A stretch of 56,408 bases of DNA, counting the filler, from Sphacelaria rigidula (lineage: Eukaryota): assembly GCA_964200075.2 (NCBI GenBank). It is 7 parts of 7 records of this genome, joined end to end, with 100 filler letters (N's around TTAATTAATTAA, not from the genome) between each part and the next. Parts side by side here need not be neighbours in the genome. Positions count along the whole stretch, not along the records: positions 48,437 to 56,408 come from CAXNAA020012792.1; 6 more parts are not named here. One strand, given 5' to 3'. Positions within the stretch are counted from its first letter, which is position 1; each line of letters opens with the position of its first letter. Positions 51,999 through 56,408 of this stretch are shown here, piece after piece. Below the pieces are notes generated by a model. That model worked only from the letters and a program-made list of their open reading frames with translations. It was not told the DNA's origin and did no database searches. Both the position numbers and the translations under genes were made by a program.

Positions 51999-53653
51999 CG
52001 AGCTGGGCCAGCATAAAGTCTCGAGGCAATATCTCGTCGACACGGACGAGCTGAACCATAATCCGCATATCGTATTAATCGTCCAATCAAGAGGAAGGTG
52101 CCCATCTGCTCAAACGTTTGGGCCCATATTTTCTGGTCGATCAAACCGCATGTCTAGTAATTCCTATACCTAACGGAGATAGCGTCCATACTAAAATCTC
52201 TAATGAAATCCGAAACGATGCATTCAGCGGATGACGACGAATTTCGGTGCGGACATTCCCTGGAGCACGGGGAGACGTTAGATACCCTCACCTTCACCTA
52301 ATTCGTAATCTATCTCGAGGTATGGAGCACATACGTTTTCATACTAAAACCAGTATTACCAGCAGATGCACTAGATGAACTAAAGCTGGATACTGCATCT
52401 CAGTTTTTGAGAGTTATGCCATTAAATTTCGTGTGGAGAACCACTACCGTAGTGTATAATAAAGCTTGAAACATAGCTTTTTCATATTGGTTCGTTTCTT
52501 CATTTTCTTCTCAGGTTTTTGGGGAAGTTGTGATGAAGTTCAGAGGCGTTGCAAGATATACGCTGTGCGGGTCTGCTCGTAGACCCTGGATTCCGTGATG
52601 CGTTGTTACTGCGTTTGCTACTGTCATTAGTTAGGGTTGTTCAGCCGCGGCTGCTGGCTGCGTTACCCCATCTCATCAGTTACCGGCTTGCCTTGGTCTC
52701 TACCCTGGGCCATTACTACGCTCTGCTCCTATGGCTGCGCCCTGGCTATGCTGAGTAAGAGAGGTTTGTAGATAAAACGTGATGCTGAGTAAACACGTGA
52801 GTTCCTGGTCAATAGTCTGAACATGGACGAACCTACTCTGTCGTAGTCAAGGATGGATAGCTAGGTCTGTGTGAAGTTGCCCACGCGGGAGCTTGGTGGG
52901 TTGGCACCATGGTATCTCCTGGCACTCATACTGAGAGACCCCAGCCAGTGCAACAGCTATACCCTCTTTATGACACACTTTTGAGGAGGAATGAACACTG
53001 CTTCTGGGCTGTATCCCAATTTTTAGCTCAACTTTTGGAACTGTGAATTGAAACTCCGGATGAAAAACCACAGGGGTATGCTGAATAAAAAAACAAAATG
53101 GACCCTCATTTTGTTTCTCGAGAGGTTCGGGCGTTCTCGAAAAAAATAGTATTTTCCATACCAAAACGCCCTGTACCAGTGAAAGAATAAACGAAATCAA
53201 CCTGACCCCCTTTGTTTCGTTACTTATGCCCTAGCCATGGCCCACACAAAGTTTCAATACACAAACACCAAACTTGGGTCGGTAAGTGGCCTGAAAAGTA
53301 CTGTTCCGATTTTGTCTGACCTCGTCACTAAACGGCCCATGGTACGGCCCATATAAAAAATTGAACCCTGAAATTTAGTGTGGACAATGAATAGGGAATA
53401 ATGAAAAAAAGTACAGGTGCACACAAGTATTTTTTTTCACTTTTTTCATGAGTTAAGGGCAATAATCAGCTTTTAGGTATCAGTATATCGCCCTTAACTC
53501 ATGAAAAAAATAAGAAATAAACCTTGTGTGCACTGCAACCTGTTTTATTATGCCCTATTCAGTTTCCATACCAAATTTGAGGGTCCAGCTCTATACATTG
53601 GCCGTACAATGGGCCTGCAAACTACAAATTCGCTTTTCGGCTGGCCCAGCTCG
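51999..53653. mobile_element. Non-autonomous Tc1/mariner-type element with TA TSD, inserted in the Helitron-like remnant
   Basis: TA-CGAGCTGGGCCAGC (51997-52012) ... GCTGGCCCAGCTCG-TA (53640-53655), perfect 14-bp TIRs. Confidence 0.8.
52529..52975. mobile_element. Solo LTR homologous to 22015-22483, nested in the mariner-type element
   Basis: TGTGATGAAGTTCAGAGG ... CCTGGCACTCA.ACTGAGAGACC.CAGCCA.TGCA ... TGACA; no matching TSD visible here. Confidence 0.75.
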
Positions 53654-53699
53654 TATGCTCGTGGGTTCTATGAGTATGAATGAAGGTGTGGACATTTAC

Positions 53700-56036
53700 T
53701 GTATCGGCAGAAGTTCGCAGCAGCACTGCCATTACCTTTAGGATAGTCGCGAAAGCACCGTTCTGGGTAGCGTGTCCCGCAGGGTAGCTCGGATGAGCCG
53801 GAGACCCTCTATTCGATGCCTAGTATTTCAACAGACGGGATGGTGAGGAACAGAGGTAAGAGAGTGAATGCACAAACGTTATCAGAGGTATACCCACTTC
53901 TTCAAGGTTTGACCATAGAGAAATCCTACAACAACTGCATGGGCTCATAGTACGGGACATATGGGTGCGTATGATGCCGCCAGGCCAGATATGAGCATGA
54001 CCTGGAAGCTGCCAGGAATAGCAACCTGTCCTGGACGAAGACACAACGGAACGGTAGGTGGTGCAGAAGTACGTCGAAGCGTTCCCTATTGACGTGGTTT
54101 CTGCGCGCTCATGCACAAGGATCTCGGCGTGAGTCGTCTCAACAACAAGGCGGTAAACATGACATATATGTAATATCGGTTTGTGACAAGGTTTTTTGAC
54201 AGCTTCATTCTTTTGAGAATACAAAATGCGAGCATGTTTGGCTTAATGTCTCAGGCAAGTTGTGGAGGTGCTTTGTGCACGAATGTAACCCGCGTATTAT
54301 ACTCTGGACAATAGTGTAGGTAACAGCATTGTTACTGCAATAGACCCCACAACGTGGTTTGCAATAGTCATTGCCGGCCACGATCGATTTCCTTTGGCAG
54401 ACGTCCTTAGCAACAACAGATGGGGGGCAATGGTCACGATACATCGTTGTGGCAACAGTGGAAAGAATTGGCCACTAATAATTGCCATCGACCGAAGAAG
54501 TAGATTTCCGGAGAATGCAATTGGGAAATATTTCATGGTTTGTGTGGAACAATCGATATCGACGTATTCTTACGGCGAAAGACCGCGTATTATCGCCGGC
54601 AACGGCTAGGGATAGACACCCTCCACATTTGACTGTGGCTTTCACTCTGTTTATCGAGGGAAGACTCACCACGTTATTACTCCATCAATGGATGACACTG
54701 TCTGTTGTTGATTGTCAACACTGCATTATGATTCCCTGCAGTCGACAACGGCCACCGATGGGCATATCACAAAACTTACCTGGACGGCAGTGAACATCGA
54801 TGGACTCTTGCTCGCAATCAATCGTCGTTCCTATACACAATCGCGTCCGATTATCTAACCTCATGCCTACCGCAGTGTATATCGATGAAAACCTCGTGGA
54901 CTCCATTGATACAGATACAGAAATCTCTCCAACCTTTATCGGCATTCCCAACGCATATCGATGAAATCTTCCAATAACTATCGTCGTCTGACGATGGGCA
55001 TCGATGGTTTTTCCCTGTGGTCTTCTGCTGTAGTTCTTGCCCAGGGTATGCTATATAGACGCGACACGTACCTGAGAGAGAAGATAAGTACCATCGCCCG
55101 CGTTGTTATCCCCGTTTTGAGCAGCATTCATTTCCTTCACCATTTCCAATAGCTCTGTGTTGTCAAGCAGCGAACTGTGCAGAGTGAAGTCGGTGGAATC
55201 GAAGGGATCAAGGGCCCTGTGCACGAGTCCTCCCATTGCCTCTGGTCGCAGCAGCCTATGCACATTCCATTTTTGGTACCACGCGTTCCTGCGGTATAAT
55301 TTTCGTCCACGGCGTCGCGTAATCATTGTATTGTGCGAGACATGTCAGTATCACACTCTGAGGTGTCGGCATTGTGCCCTCTCCTGAGCATCCTTACCGG
55401 CGCGAGTTCGCAGTCTTACTCGGCGGGGTCGGCCCATACCTGCCTTTTCCCCCAGGTGCGCATGTACCTTGCAGTTTGTAAATGTTGAGCACAAGATTAT
55501 CGCTCTCGTACCCCGCCATCTTCAAGAAACAGTGTACCTGATACGACTTTTGGCCACTCTCGTTTTCGTGTTGTAGGACTGCAGACATCAGAAAAAAATA
55601 TACGGTCGGGGTTTCATCATGTAGGAGCCAATCACACTACTGTTGTGCTGGAATCGATTGGCTGAGCATGTGAAGACCGGAGCTCACAGTTGCCTAGTGC
55701 CATTTTGTCGGGCCTGGTTGCGAGCACGTTTCTATTTATGCCTGTCCTATGATGTAGACACCAAGAGCATTTCCAGGCCGATCCAGTTTCCTCGTGCAAA
55801 CAAGCTACTGCATCGATTTCTTGTTCAATGAGCGGATGCAACGGTCGAGTGTGTTCAGCGTTGTGCACACAGCCTAAAGTCGGACTCGCGTGCTCAAACC
55901 CGACGAACAAATCTCGGCACCACCTGTCTGTTCTTTTTATACAAAGTACCCGTGCTGTACTTGGGTACATCTTTACGCAGGTCTGAAAAACGCGCCTCGG
56001 GCTTATGGTTTCGTGTGAATGCTGATAAAACTCCAA
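53700..56036 (-). mobile_element. Probable upstream (Rep-side) part of the degenerate Helitron-like element
   Basis: Intron-less chain of broken minus-strand ORFs collinear with the helicase remnant; no unambiguous HUH motif recognised. Confidence 0.3.
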
Positions 56037-56408
56037 CCATATATATATATATATATATATATATACGTATGTCGTTCAAAAAAAAGCACCTCAAAGCTCA
56101 CACGTTTCCACCGTCAGTGCTCGAAGGTGTGATTGAAATATTTCGCCATCGCACTCAAATTATTGAGCTAGGAACTCGCCGTTCTTGGTTTACCACGTTG
56201 TTACTACCCGTGAACGCATTCTCCATAACCATTTTGTGACTCAACAATAGTTTGAAACGTCACAGGCGCATGCATATTGATATACACTAAACAAAGGAGC
56301 CAGGTGGAGGGGGGGGGGGGGGCGTACTCGTTTGTTGCTTGCCTTAGTCGTTTGACCATTGGGGGGGGGGTTATTGTCATGAGGGGGCATACTAGCCTGT
56401 TGTTATGC

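Noticed and set aside
56039..56065. (TA)n microsatellite (also near 37034-37053 and 21837-21851)
   Set aside because: Ordinary simple repeats.

Overview
This is eukaryotic, intron-rich, repeat-dense DNA with roughly balanced GC, most consistent with a brown alga or other stramenopile (inferred from gene structure and repeat content, not verified). The window is not one locus. It is seven contigs of 7974, 7973, 7973, 7972, 7972, 7972 and 7972 bp joined by artificial 100-bp spacers (N44-TTAATTAATTAA-N44), so adjacency across spacers has no biological meaning. Host genes with good support are a five-exon RhaT-like (L-rhamnose:H+ symporter family, DMT) transporter gene at 41250-45227, two exons of a SETD3/Rubisco-LSMT-type SET methyltransferase, the first exon of a ubiquitin-like-domain protein, and one internal exon of an uncharacterised protein. 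Most of the rest is mobile-element debris: Ty3/Gypsy remnants (chromodomain, integrase, PPT), a solo LTR with a 4-bp TSD, a decayed gag/pol-like retroelement, a degenerate Helitron-like PIF1 helicase with nested insertions, Tc1/mariner-type MITEs, a tRNA-derived SINE, foldbacks and short interspersed or tandem repeats. I found no intact novel multi-gene system. The most notable items are the intron-containing RhaT-like gene, a MITE carrying a tRNA-like core, a 378-nt near-perfect hairpin and a 26-bp-period repeat/spacer array.
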